Shown here piece after piece: positions 35,979-45,362 of a DNA stretch of 64,000 nt. Position numbers and translations under genes: made by a program. Source of the DNA: Candidatus Woesearchaeota archaeon (GTDB lineage Archaea > Nanobdellota > Nanobdellia > Woesearchaeales > ARS49); contig JACQNC010000008.1 of assembly GCA_016203225.1 (NCBI GenBank), positions 231 to 64,230 on the forward strand, written 5' to 3'. Below the pieces are notes generated by a model that ran no database searches, was not told the origin of the DNA, and saw only the letters and a list, made by a program, of their open reading frames with translations. Position 1 is the stretch's first letter. Every line of letters begins with the position of its first letter.

Positions 35979-37184
35979 ATGTTAAACGAGGGCGTTCCGC
36001 GTGGCGTTCGTTTGTTGTCGTGGGCGACCGCTGTTCGGTGGTTTGGTTGGGGCCTGTTTGAGTCGCTGCTGCCCATCTTTTTGTTCTCCTTCGCGCAGTC
36101 CTATGCAGAAACGGGCATTTTGCAGTCGGTCTACCATGTCGTGTTTATTCTTGCCCTGCCTGTTGTCGGTTTGCTCGCGGATAAAGTTTCGAGCAGGACT
36201 GTCATCCTGCTTGGTTTGCTCATATATCCTTTCTTGAGTTTGAGCTATTTCTTTGCGGGAGTGACGGGGATTGCGCTGTTCATCGTCGTTGCGCGGGTGT
36301 TGAACGGAATCGGCTACGCGTTCGATGGGATTGGAAGAGATACATATTTGCGCGCGCACACTTCCGGGCGCCGCATTTCGGCAGCGTTCGGCTATGTAAC
36401 GACGGTCACGCATTTTGGCTGGATTCTTGCGGTCGTTGCGAGCCTGTTCATCATCCCTTTCGTAAGGATGCATTGGTTATTCTTGGCGATCATTCCCACG
36501 ACGTTCGTGACGATGGCAATCGTGGCGACGCTTGCTCCCGATCATCGGGAGAAACTCAAGGATGGCTTCCGTAAAGCATTGCGTGCGGGTTTCTATTCCT
36601 CGATGTTCCAGGAGTGCAAACGGTGGAGTCCGGGAATGCGCTCACTGGCGGCACTGACGTTTTTCCTCGGGATCATTGTGACCGTGGGCGAGTTCTTCCT
36701 GCCCATTTATGCGTACACGCGGGGCGCGAGTCTGCAGCAAGTGATCCTCATCAGCATCGTGCTCAATCTCCCCGAACTCTTCGGCGCGCCATTGGGCAGG
36801 CTTGCGGATAAAGGGAGGACCACAAGCATTTTTGCGGGACTGGGCATGATCGTCCTTTTGCTCACCGTCTTGGCGATAACGGAGAGTTACGTTTGGCAGC
36901 TCGCGGTCGCACTCGGCATGGGCATTGCCTTGCAACTCTTGGAGGTTGCGGGCGATGGGATAACGACGCACCTCACGAAACGTGGGCATTACGGAAGACT
37001 CAGCAGCGCCATGGAGGGTCTCAATGACCTCGGAAACATCGCAGGACCCATCGCCCTGGGGGTCCTTATCGACGCGATAGGCGCACCGCGCAGTTTCCTC
37101 CTTGCCGCGATCATCACGCTGCTCTTGATCTGGTTCCTATTCATGAAAAGAACGCACTTCTCGCACAAGATGCCCGTGCGATAA
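35979..37184 (+). CDS. MFS transporter
   Basis: About 12 TM; GLLADKVSSR and GRLADKGR motif-A-like loops. Confidence 0.88.
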   Translation: MLNEGVPRGVRLLSWATAVRWFGWGLFESLLPIFLFSFAQSYAETGILQSVYHVVFILALPVVGLLADKVSSRTVILLGLLIYPFLSLSYFFAGVTGIALFIVVARVLNGIGYAFDGIGRDTYLRAHTSGRRISAAFGYVTTVTHFGWILAVVASLFIIPFVRMHWLFLAIIPTTFVTMAIVATLAPDHREKLKDGFRKALRAGFYSSMFQECKRWSPGMRSLAALTFFLGIIVTVGEFFLPIYAYTRGASLQQVILISIVLNLPELFGAPLGRLADKGRTTSIFAGLGMIVLLLTVLAITESYVWQLAVALGMGIALQLLEVAGDGITTHLTKRGHYGRLSSAMEGLNDLGNIAGPIALGVLIDAIGAPRSFLLAAIITLLLIWFLFMKRTHFSHKMPVR

Positions 37185-37302
37185 ACCCGCCGTTCCTCGT
37201 AATTCGCAAATTGAGTCTTGTTGTGCGCGATAGCTTAAGACCGGTTGCGGCTGTCCTGTTCCATCGGAATCTTTAAAAGAACCATCCCTACCTACGCGTC
37301 TC

Positions 37303-37698
37303 ATGGATGCAGACGTTATTACGCGTAATCTGGAGAAGATGCTGGATGCGAACGTGAAGGGTGCGATGATCCCTGTGGTTAATTCCGAGAGCCTTGGCGG
37401 CAATGCCGGACGCTTCCTGTTGAACGGCATCAAGTACCAGTGCGTTGGCGCGAATTTCTTCTATGATGCGCAAACAGGAGAGATCCTCTCGTTCAGCCTG
37501 ACGAGTAATCCGCCGTTTCCAGGTGCTGCCCGTGGAGTTTTCAAGATCGCGTGCGAGACCGAAAGCGGCACCTACAAGTATTCTGCGTTCAGGATCATCG
37601 AATGGGTGCCGGATAAACACGCCTCTCCGCACGCAAACAAGATCATCGAGCAGACGAAGAATGTCTACAACAAGGTAGCGGATGAGCACGCGCCTTGA
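37303..37698 (+). CDS. Hypothetical protein
   Basis: 131-aa ORF with CTTTAAAA about 25 nt upstream. Confidence 0.55.
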   Translation: MDADVITRNLEKMLDANVKGAMIPVVNSESLGGNAGRFLLNGIKYQCVGANFFYDAQTGEILSFSLTSNPPFPGAARGVFKIACETESGTYKYSAFRIIEWVPDKHASPHANKIIEQTKNVYNKVADEHAP

Positions 37699-37705
37699 CT
37701 TTTGA

Positions 37706-38116
37706 TTACTTCTTCTCTTCCTTGGCTTCGGGTTTCGCTTCGCCTTCCGCTTTCGGCGGAGCGAGCGGTGTCGAACCTTCCTTCACGACTTTCAGGTTCA
37801 ATTGCGCGATCTTAGGATGGATGGTGTTGCCGCAGACCGTCTTGCGGTGCTTGATGCCCTTCGCGGTCATCTTGAGGCCGACGCCCTTCACGGCGAGGAT
37901 CTGCTTGCGCTGGAAGCCAGGCACGTCCCATCGCATCGGGAAGCCGCAGTAATCGCTTCCGCCGGAAATCTCGAATTCGTAGCCCGGATACCCGAACGCG
38001 TCCCCTTTGACGTGGTCATTGACCTTCTTGCCGAGGAAGAATTTGAATTCGGCGTCAGGCAGCTCTTTCTGCACGCTGGTGCCGTTCTTCAGTCCGAAAA
38101 CCAATTTTGCTGGCAT
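37706..38116 (-). CDS. rps6e: 30S ribosomal protein S6e
   Basis: FLGKKV...YEFEISGGSDYCGFPMRWDV...RKTVCGNTI...IAQLNLKVV. Confidence 0.95.
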   Translation of the reverse strand: MPAKLVFGLKNGTSVQKELPDAEFKFFLGKKVNDHVKGDAFGYPGYEFEISGGSDYCGFPMRWDVPGFQRKQILAVKGVGLKMTAKGIKHRKTVCGNTIHPKIAQLNLKVVKEGSTPLAPPKAEGEAKPEAKEEKK

Positions 38117-38181
38117 GTTGTGTCCCCCGAGCCCGATTGTTGCACGGGCTCAGCATAGAATGTATAGAGAGGCATTCAGGT

Positions 38182-38193
38182 CCTTTATAAAGG
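38182..38193. promoter_or_regulatory. Perfectly palindromic TATA element between divergent rps6e and surface-protein genes
   Basis: CCTTTATAAAGG. Confidence 0.5.
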
Positions 38194-38252
38194 TATCGTT
38201 GGATCACAAGAGCAAGCTTTTTAATGGCAAAGGCAACTATGTCCAGGAAAAG

Positions 38253-41030
38253 ATGGTGAACCGCGCCAAAGTCGTAGAAAGCATTCTTGTCGCGCTAGTC
38301 CTCGTCATCGTCTCAGGAGTATTGCTTTCTTTGCGCCAGCCGGTCGAGGAGACTCCTGGTCAGGTGCCGATCCTTGACATCGGCGACGGGCAGTTCGTGG
38401 ACGTCGAAAGCGGGACGCGCTATCAGGGACTCTCTGACGCGCCCCTGCTCCTGCTGGGCAAGAAGGATGAGGACACTTGGTGGGGACTGACGCGCAACGG
38501 CCTCTATTACGGCAGCGGCGGCAAGGTCAAGAAGGTCGCGACGCCCGAGAGCATGGGCGTGACGCCGACAGGAGGCACGTTCTCGATCCCGCCCGGCGAG
38601 GATCCTGAGATCATAGTCGAAGGCACCGACCCATCAGGTGATCCTGTCGAGGTCCCGATCGATCTCGATCCGGATACAGGCGAAGCCACTCCTGGCGAGC
38701 CGACGCCGGTTCCCGACACGACCGCGCCGATGATCACGATTCTCGGCGATAATCCTGACACGATAACCGCGGGCACGTATTATGATGCGGGCGCGACGGC
38801 AACGGACGATGTCGATGGTGACCTCACGAGCGCGATCGTCGTCACAAGCACGATCGAGATCACTCCGTCCGGCACGGTCTCCGCCACACCGGTTGAGCCC
38901 GGCACGTACACTGTCACGTACACGGTCTCCGACGCGGCCGGCAACACCGCTGTCGCGGTGCGAACGGTGATCGTGGGGACGCCTGTGCCTCCGCCCGTAC
39001 CTGTCGACACGGCCGCTCCCGTGATCACGATCCTGGGTTCTGATCCGGTCACCATCACCGCAGGCACAATCTATGCTGACTCGGGCGCCACCGCAACGGA
39101 CGATGTCGATGGTGATATCACTGCTTCGATCATAGTAACTAGCACCGTCGATGACTCGACTCCTGGAACTTACACTGTGACTTACACCGTGACTGACGCG
39201 GCGGGCAACACGGCCGTCGCGGTGCGCACGGTCATCGTCGAGGCGCCTGCGCCTCCGCCAGCGCCGGCCGACACGACCGCTCCGGTCATCACCATCTTAG
39301 GAAGCGATCCTGTGACTATCATCGCGGGCACGACATATGTCGACGCGGGTGCGACAGCGACTGATGATATCGATGGCGATCTCACTGCTTCGATCATCGT
39401 GACTAGCACCGTCGATGACTCGACTCCTGGAACGTACACGGTAACATATGCGGTCAGCGACGCAGCAGGCAACACCGCTGTCGCGGTCAGGACAGTCATA
39501 GTCGAGGCGCCTCCTGCTCCTGCGCCGGCCCCGGTTCCTGCACCAAGCCCTGGCTTTGTCTACCTTCCCGGATCATGCATCGTCGCCACGCCGTGCTGCG
39601 GGTATCCGCCCACGGTCGCGTGCGCCGCAGCCACCTCGGTGGACTTGTGCGCGTTCACGCTCTCTCCGTCAGGGACTCCGACAAGCACAGGGATCATCCC
39701 TGCAGCGACGCTAACCACGGTCGTGGTCGCAACCGCCGAGGAACTCGCCGCTGCCGCCGACGCGCTCGCCGCTGATGAGTCCGCAGCATCCAGCACCACT
39801 GAGGGCTACACGGTCACCGCGTACTTGACCAGCGATCCGACGATCGTGGATGTCGTCATCACCGGTCCTCCGGGGCCAGTCCTGTTGAAATGGTGGAGCC
39901 TTGACCCCCCGATCCTGCCTGAAGCCACGGTCATAACGCTGACACCGACCGGCTCGACTGTGGTAGAGATCCCGTCGCCGATCATATTGAGCGAGCCGGG
40001 AACGACGCTCGTGAGCATACCTTACGATCCCGCTAAAGTCCTTTATCTCCAAGCCAGCGCGGTCGACACGCCGCTCTATCCGGACCTGCCGGGCTGCGGT
40101 GGGACCTTCGAGGAGCCGATCGCGGAGCCGATCGATCCTGGAGATGTCGGTTTCGCGGTCGCTGACCACTTCACGTGCTATCCTGTCACTGGAACCTCTC
40201 CCAATCAAGGCGTTTTCGTGTGGGACCAGTTCGGCTGGCGCGGATTGCAGGTCCAGCAGACGAAGAAGCTCTGCACTCCCGCCGTAAAGGAAGTGGGCAA
40301 GACCAACATGAGCATACTGCCGGGCTATCCTGACAAGCATTTCGTGTGCTACAAGGCCCAGTCTGGCTGGATAGGCGCGATATCGTGGGTGCTCGACCAG
40401 TTCGGCCAGCGCATCGTGCTCGCGGAATACCAGGATGAGTTGTGCGTCCCTGCCGAGAAGACGGTGACTGTCGGCACTCCCGATCCCGCGCCGAAGGGCA
40501 ACACTAGCATCGACCATTGGGACTGCTTCCCCATCATCCCTGAGCAGATCAACCAGGTCGTCACGATCAGGGACCAGTTCGGCCAGAGGGAGATAATGGT
40601 GGACGAACTGAGGCGGTTGTGCGCGCCCGCTGACAAGCTGTGGAACCAGGACGAGTTGCGGCCGCCGCAGACCAATGAGCACTTCCTTTGCTACAACGTG
40701 ACGCCGCTCCAGTCCATCCCGGGATTCGCCGTGACGACCGTCGACCAGTTCAACACCCAGGATCTCGTGATCCCCGATGTCGAGGAACTGTGCGTTCCTG
40801 CCCAGAAGCAATTCCAGAGGTTCTTCAGCGCGCCGCCCGGCGGCGAGGACGGACGCGGCGGCACGTGCGGCGTAGTCGAGGGGACGCGGTTCTGCTCTCC
40901 GGACTATACTGACATCTCTGGTGCGCCCTGTTATTCATACTACACCGGTCCCGGTCCGACGACCGCGAAGGTCTGCGGAACGAAGTACTCATGCGGCGCA
41001 GGTCCGTTGTATCCCGTGATGGAATGCTGA
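38253..41030 (+). CDS. Large surface protein: N-terminal anchor, 3 Ig-like (DUF5011-like) repeats, 3 DH(F/W)xC...DQF repeats, Cys-rich tip
   Basis: DT(T/A)AP(M/V)ITILG...DAGATATDD(V/I)DGD...PGTYTVTY x3; DHFTCY/KHFVCY/DHWDCF/EHFLCY with DQFG motifs. Confidence 0.8.
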   Translation: MVNRAKVVESILVALVLVIVSGVLLSLRQPVEETPGQVPILDIGDGQFVDVESGTRYQGLSDAPLLLLGKKDEDTWWGLTRNGLYYGSGGKVKKVATPESMGVTPTGGTFSIPPGEDPEIIVEGTDPSGDPVEVPIDLDPDTGEATPGEPTPVPDTTAPMITILGDNPDTITAGTYYDAGATATDDVDGDLTSAIVVTSTIEITPSGTVSATPVEPGTYTVTYTVSDAAGNTAVAVRTVIVGTPVPPPVPVDTAAPVITILGSDPVTITAGTIYADSGATATDDVDGDITASIIVTSTVDDSTPGTYTVTYTVTDAAGNTAVAVRTVIVEAPAPPPAPADTTAPVITILGSDPVTIIAGTTYVDAGATATDDIDGDLTASIIVTSTVDDSTPGTYTVTYAVSDAAGNTAVAVRTVIVEAPPAPAPAPVPAPSPGFVYLPGSCIVATPCCGYPPTVACAAATSVDLCAFTLSPSGTPTSTGIIPAATLTTVVVATAEELAAAADALAADESAASSTTEGYTVTAYLTSDPTIVDVVITGPPGPVLLKWWSLDPPILPEATVITLTPTGSTVVEIPSPIILSEPGTTLVSIPYDPAKVLYLQASAVDTPLYPDLPGCGGTFEEPIAEPIDPGDVGFAVADHFTCYPVTGTSPNQGVFVWDQFGWRGLQVQQTKKLCTPAVKEVGKTNMSILPGYPDKHFVCYKAQSGWIGAISWVLDQFGQRIVLAEYQDELCVPAEKTVTVGTPDPAPKGNTSIDHWDCFPIIPEQINQVVTIRDQFGQREIMVDELRRLCAPADKLWNQDELRPPQTNEHFLCYNVTPLQSIPGFAVTTVDQFNTQDLVIPDVEELCVPAQKQFQRFFSAPPGGEDGRGGTCGVVEGTRFCSPDYTDISGAPCYSYYTGPGPTTAKVCGTKYSCGAGPLYPVMEC

Positions 41031-41057
41031 GTGCGTGACGTCCCGGACCGTTCTAAA

Positions 41058-41157
41058 CGTGATCTTCCCCCGGCAGTTTGGTAGTAGCTCTATCGCAATC
41101 GCATCGACAGCCGTAATGCGACTACCAACCTGCTTGGGTAGCGATGCCTGGGCGCGG
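41058..41157. repeat. Dispersed palindromic repeat, copy 5
   Basis: CGTGATCTTCCCCCGGCAGTTTGGTAGTAGC...GCGACTACCAACCTGCTTGGG...CCTGGGCGCGG. Confidence 0.9.
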
Positions 41158-41220
41158 CGGGTTGGGGCGGAGCGAGGAGAACATTTTTAAAGCGGTCCGT
41201 GCTCAGAACCAAAGAAAAAG

Positions 41221-41880
41221 GTGAGCTTGTTGAGTGACGAACAACTGATCCCCGCATTTGTCCAAGCATACTACGCTGCGCAGGCCGCGTTGAACAGCGG
41301 CGACCGCCAGGCAGCCATGAAGGCGTACCAGGACGTGCTCGCCGCCTACAAGCAGCTCGCCGCCAGCGCGTTGGAGAAGCCGCACAAGGAACTCGCGCAC
41401 CAGCAGGTCAAGACGATCTATGACGGCCTCTCCGCGATGCCGTCCATCACGACCCCAACGCCAGCCCAATCCTCACCGCCCGAGGCGCGTGGGCCTGGTT
41501 TCGGCGCGCGGGACTATCTCACGATAGGTTTCTTCGCGGTGCTCATCGTCATGGTGCTCTTCTTCAAGCCAGAATACATCGGGCTGGCGTTCGCGGACAT
41601 CCCCGGAGGCAGCCCGCCGCAGTGGCGCGGCGGACAGACCGAGTTCACGCTGCCCGCAGGCACGGATCTCGCGTACGATTTCTCTTCGGCTTTCCGCGAT
41701 CCTGACGGCGACCGCCTGGTCTTCCTCGCGACCGAGAGCCCCGGGCTCCGCGTGAGCGTGTCCGGATCAGTTGTCACGATCGAGGCATTGCCTGGAGCGT
41801 TCGGCGACCATCAGGTAACGGTCATGGCGAGCGATCTCGCGAGCGTCACCAAGGTGCCGATTACGATCCACGTCGTCTGA
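41221..41880 (+). CDS. Single-TM protein with C-terminal Ig/cadherin-like domain
   Basis: Helical N-terminus, TM GFFAVLIVMVLFF, then FRDPDGDRLVF. Confidence 0.65.
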   Translation: MSLLSDEQLIPAFVQAYYAAQAALNSGDRQAAMKAYQDVLAAYKQLAASALEKPHKELAHQQVKTIYDGLSAMPSITTPTPAQSSPPEARGPGFGARDYLTIGFFAVLIVMVLFFKPEYIGLAFADIPGGSPPQWRGGQTEFTLPAGTDLAYDFSSAFRDPDGDRLVFLATESPGLRVSVSGSVVTIEALPGAFGDHQVTVMASDLASVTKVPITIHVV

Positions 41881-41886
41881 GGCCCG

Positions 41887-44800
41887 ATGGCCCGCCTCTT
41901 ATCACTCGTTTTCGCGTTGGCATTGGTGCTGCTCATCAGCGCGTCAGCCCAGTCCCGCTCAGCGTACGTGGATCCCGCGATCGACGACGCGCTCGCGTCC
42001 GGCGGCAAGGTGAAAGTCCTCGTCGTCCTCAAGACGGAGCCGGTCACGGCCGTCGCGGGCATCGCAGACACTCTTGCACAGGACGCCCCTGACGCGAAGA
42101 AGGAACGCATCCGCGCCAAACAGGAGAAGCTCCTGCAACGCCTGCAGCGCCGCGCCCGCCTGGGCGTCGCAGAAAGCACGGATGGCGCTGTCCTGCGCCA
42201 GCTCGAGAACACTCCGGCGATCACGGCGCGCGTGAACAGGAGACTGCTCGACCTTCTCGCGTCCAGCCCTGACGTGCAGGGCATCTATCTATCCAAACAG
42301 CTCAAGCTCGCGCTCTCGACTACGGTGGGGGTCATCAACGCCGATGAGGTCTGGGGCGAGAAATTCAACGGCACGAACATCACGGGCGCGGGCGTGAGCG
42401 TCTGCGTGCTCGACACCGGCGTCGATGGCACGCACGAGAGCCTCGCGGGCAAGGTCGTGAACGAGAAATGCTACTGTTCCGTGGGAGGCGGCTGCTGCCA
42501 GGGTCTGAACGAGAGCTCGAACGCGACGGACGACAACGGCCACGGCACCCATGTCGCGAGCACGGTCGCGGCCAACGGGAACCTCACGGGCGTCGCGAAG
42601 GGTTCCAGCATCGTCGCGGTTAAGGTGTGCAACTCTGCAGGGTCGTGCGACCTCGCCGATATCGCGCTCGCGTTCGATTACTGCGTGAACCAGTCCTCGA
42701 CGTACAACATAAGCGTCATCACGATGAGCATCAGCGACGGCTCAGCATACGCGACAGCTGCGAGCTGCCCCACGAGCCTCGACGTGTCGATCTCGGAAGC
42801 GGTCGGCTCGGGGATGCTCGTCACGATATCGTCGGGCAACGAGGGCAGCACGACGGGCGTCGGTTATCCTGCGTGCTCTCCGAACGCCACCAGCGTCGGC
42901 GCCACCGTCCACGACGGGACGTCTATGGCGTCGTACGGAAACCGCGGTCCGTTGCTGGACGTGGTGGCGCCCGGCTCGAGTGTGGTCGCGGCGAAGGCTT
43001 CGGTCGCATGTCCTGGATCGTGCTCTTGCTCGGGCACCACGGCTACCTGCTCGGGGACGAGCATGGCCGCGCCGCACGTCGCGGGCATCGGCGCGCTGCT
43101 CGCGCACAACGCGCGCCTGCGCAACATGACTTTCGACCCGCGACTGGTCGAGACATTCCTCGAGGAGACTTCAATAGGCGTCGGCGGGTTCCGCATGGCG
43201 AACGCGATCGCGGCATTGGTCAGGCAGAACGTAAATTACACGTTCAACGCGACGAACAACTCTCTAAGCAATCCGGGCGCTGGCGCGGTGCACTTCCGTT
43301 CGACGGTGAACGTGAGCAGGCTGGGCGAATGCTTCAATATCTCGTCCAACAACGTGACGCTCGCGGACACGGACGCGAACTGCACGCAGTACAACGCGAG
43401 CGCGACGGTGCGGTTGTTCAACCTCGGGTTCCACGACGCCAAGCCTTTCCTGAACGGTCAGCCGTGTTCCGCGTCCGAATGCCAGAACAGGAGCTACGGC
43501 GACGGCGTGATGAGGTTCGACGTGACGCACTTCTCTAGCTTCACGGCGGGCAGCGCAGTCAACCTGACAATAAGCGACGACACCGACAACGAGAGCAGGT
43601 TCATCAACGACCAGGTGTCATTCCTGGCGAACTTCTCCAACACGACCGGGCCGGTGAACACGTCGATCGGCGCGTGCCGGATCGCGTTCAACACCACAGG
43701 CAGCTACGGGTCGCTGGAGAACATGACTTTCAGCTCGACGCGGCAGAAGTACGCGTTCAACCGGTCGTTCGACGACGACCTCGACGGCACGTACAACGTC
43801 ACTTGCTCGAGCTTCAACGAGACCTTGACGACAACGGACGCGTTCTCGATCCAGAACGAGACCATCGCGCCGATCATCGCGCTCATAGCGCCTACGAACG
43901 GCAGCACGAGCAACACGAGCGTGCTCGTCGTCTACACATTCAACGTGACGGACAACAGCACGATCGCGGACTGTTCGCTCAGCATCAACGGCACTATCAA
44001 CGCCACGGACACGACCGTCGGCAGGAACGTCAACCAGACGTTCAACGTCACGATGCCGATGGGAACCGTCTCGTGGAACGTCACGTGCGCCGACGCGGGC
44101 GGCACAAGCGCGACCAGCGGTACTTTCACGCATTCTGTCACCGCGGTCAACGTCGCTCCATCCGTGATCGCGAACATCTCAAACCAGTCCTGGACAGAGG
44201 ACACCAACCAGACGGTCAACCTCACGCCCGTCTTCTCTGACGCGAACGGCGATCCATTGACGTACACTGCGCTCGCCAGCGCCAACATGAGCGTCCATAC
44301 GGACAACTCGACAGGCATCGCGACGCTCATCCCCGCGGCGAACTTCACCGGCGCAGGCACGGTCGTGTTCATCGCGCACGATGTCGCTGGCGCGACGAAC
44401 CAGTCCAACAACGTCACGCTCAACGTCACGCCCCTCAACGACGCACCGTCGCTCACCGGGACGATTCCGAACCAGTCCTGGAGCAAAGGCAACTCCAACA
44501 ACAACGCGTTCGATCTCGATTCGTATTTCACCGACGCCGACAACGCGACGCTGATCTACGCCAGCACCGGAACGAGCAGCATCACTGTTAGCATCGACTC
44601 CTCGACGCATCTCGTGAGCTTCAGCCAAGGAAGCTCGTTCACGGGCAACGAGACAGTCACGTTCAATGCGAGCGACGGCCAGAACAGCGCTCTCAGCAAC
44701 GCCGTGCGATTGCAGGTCACGTCCTCATCTAGCACGAGTTCCAGCGGCGGTGGCGCGACGTGCACCAACGATTGTGATGTCGAGGGATTCATGACCTGTT

Positions 44801-45291
44801 CGAGCCTGGGCGAGGTGCGCTGCGGCAACTATGATGACGATTCCTGCCTGGACGCGTCCGTCGTGCCGTGCCTGTCCGGCTACGCCTGCGCGGCCGATTC
44901 CGGCGGTTGCGTGAGGTCAGACTGCACGGAACAATGGCTGTGCGACGACTGGGCAGCGTGCGAGGACGGCCAGCAAGCGCGAGTCTGCGAGGACGCGAAC
45001 CTCTGCGGCACCGGACTGTCCAAGCCTCCGACTGTTCAGGCGTGCATCGTGGAGCCGCAGACGCTGACGACCGCGGCCGAGCCCGCTTCGGCACCGGTGG
45101 CGATCGAGACGGTCACCCCGGTTATAGGCGCGAACGAGACGTGCGGCATCGCGTGCAAGGGTATTGAGGTCTGCGGTTCATTCTGCGCAGAGAATTCCTT
45201 GCGTAGAGCGATTGCGTTCGTGCTTTTGGTGGCGATGACCGTCTACGTCTTGCAGCGTAGAAGGTCTTTTCTGGGCAAAAACTCTCCGTGA
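41887..45291 (+). CDS. Membrane-anchored subtilisin-like serine protease (S8) with Ig-like and Cys-rich domains
   Basis: Signal peptide; catalytic triad motifs VLDTGVD, HGTHVA, GTSMAAPHV; D-x-DGD-x-LTY Ig repeats; Ser-rich linker; C-terminal TM followed by RRR. Confidence 0.93.
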   Translation: MARLLSLVFALALVLLISASAQSRSAYVDPAIDDALASGGKVKVLVVLKTEPVTAVAGIADTLAQDAPDAKKERIRAKQEKLLQRLQRRARLGVAESTDGAVLRQLENTPAITARVNRRLLDLLASSPDVQGIYLSKQLKLALSTTVGVINADEVWGEKFNGTNITGAGVSVCVLDTGVDGTHESLAGKVVNEKCYCSVGGGCCQGLNESSNATDDNGHGTHVASTVAANGNLTGVAKGSSIVAVKVCNSAGSCDLADIALAFDYCVNQSSTYNISVITMSISDGSAYATAASCPTSLDVSISEAVGSGMLVTISSGNEGSTTGVGYPACSPNATSVGATVHDGTSMASYGNRGPLLDVVAPGSSVVAAKASVACPGSCSCSGTTATCSGTSMAAPHVAGIGALLAHNARLRNMTFDPRLVETFLEETSIGVGGFRMANAIAALVRQNVNYTFNATNNSLSNPGAGAVHFRSTVNVSRLGECFNISSNNVTLADTDANCTQYNASATVRLFNLGFHDAKPFLNGQPCSASECQNRSYGDGVMRFDVTHFSSFTAGSAVNLTISDDTDNESRFINDQVSFLANFSNTTGPVNTSIGACRIAFNTTGSYGSLENMTFSSTRQKYAFNRSFDDDLDGTYNVTCSSFNETLTTTDAFSIQNETIAPIIALIAPTNGSTSNTSVLVVYTFNVTDNSTIADCSLSINGTINATDTTVGRNVNQTFNVTMPMGTVSWNVTCADAGGTSATSGTFTHSVTAVNVAPSVIANISNQSWTEDTNQTVNLTPVFSDANGDPLTYTALASANMSVHTDNSTGIATLIPAANFTGAGTVVFIAHDVAGATNQSNNVTLNVTPLNDAPSLTGTIPNQSWSKGNSNNNAFDLDSYFTDADNATLIYASTGTSSITVSIDSSTHLVSFSQGSSFTGNETVTFNASDGQNSALSNAVRLQVTSSSSTSSSGGGATCTNDCDVEGFMTCSSLGEVRCGNYDDDSCLDASVVPCLSGYACAADSGGCVRSDCTEQWLCDDWAACEDGQQARVCEDANLCGTGLSKPPTVQACIVEPQTLTTAAEPASAPVAIETVTPVIGANETCGIACKGIEVCGSFCAENSLRRAIAFVLLVAMTVYVLQRRRSFLGKNSP

Positions 45292-45316
45292 CGCCCTATA
45301 GATACTCTTAGCAACA

Positions 45317-45324
45317 TTTAAATA
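45317..45324 (+). promoter_or_regulatory. TATA box for surface module A
   Basis: TTTAAATA upstream of 45363. Confidence 0.5.
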
Positions 45325-45362
45325 TGGCCGCGCGGTTGTTCTGACAGCAAAAGAGGGCTTGC

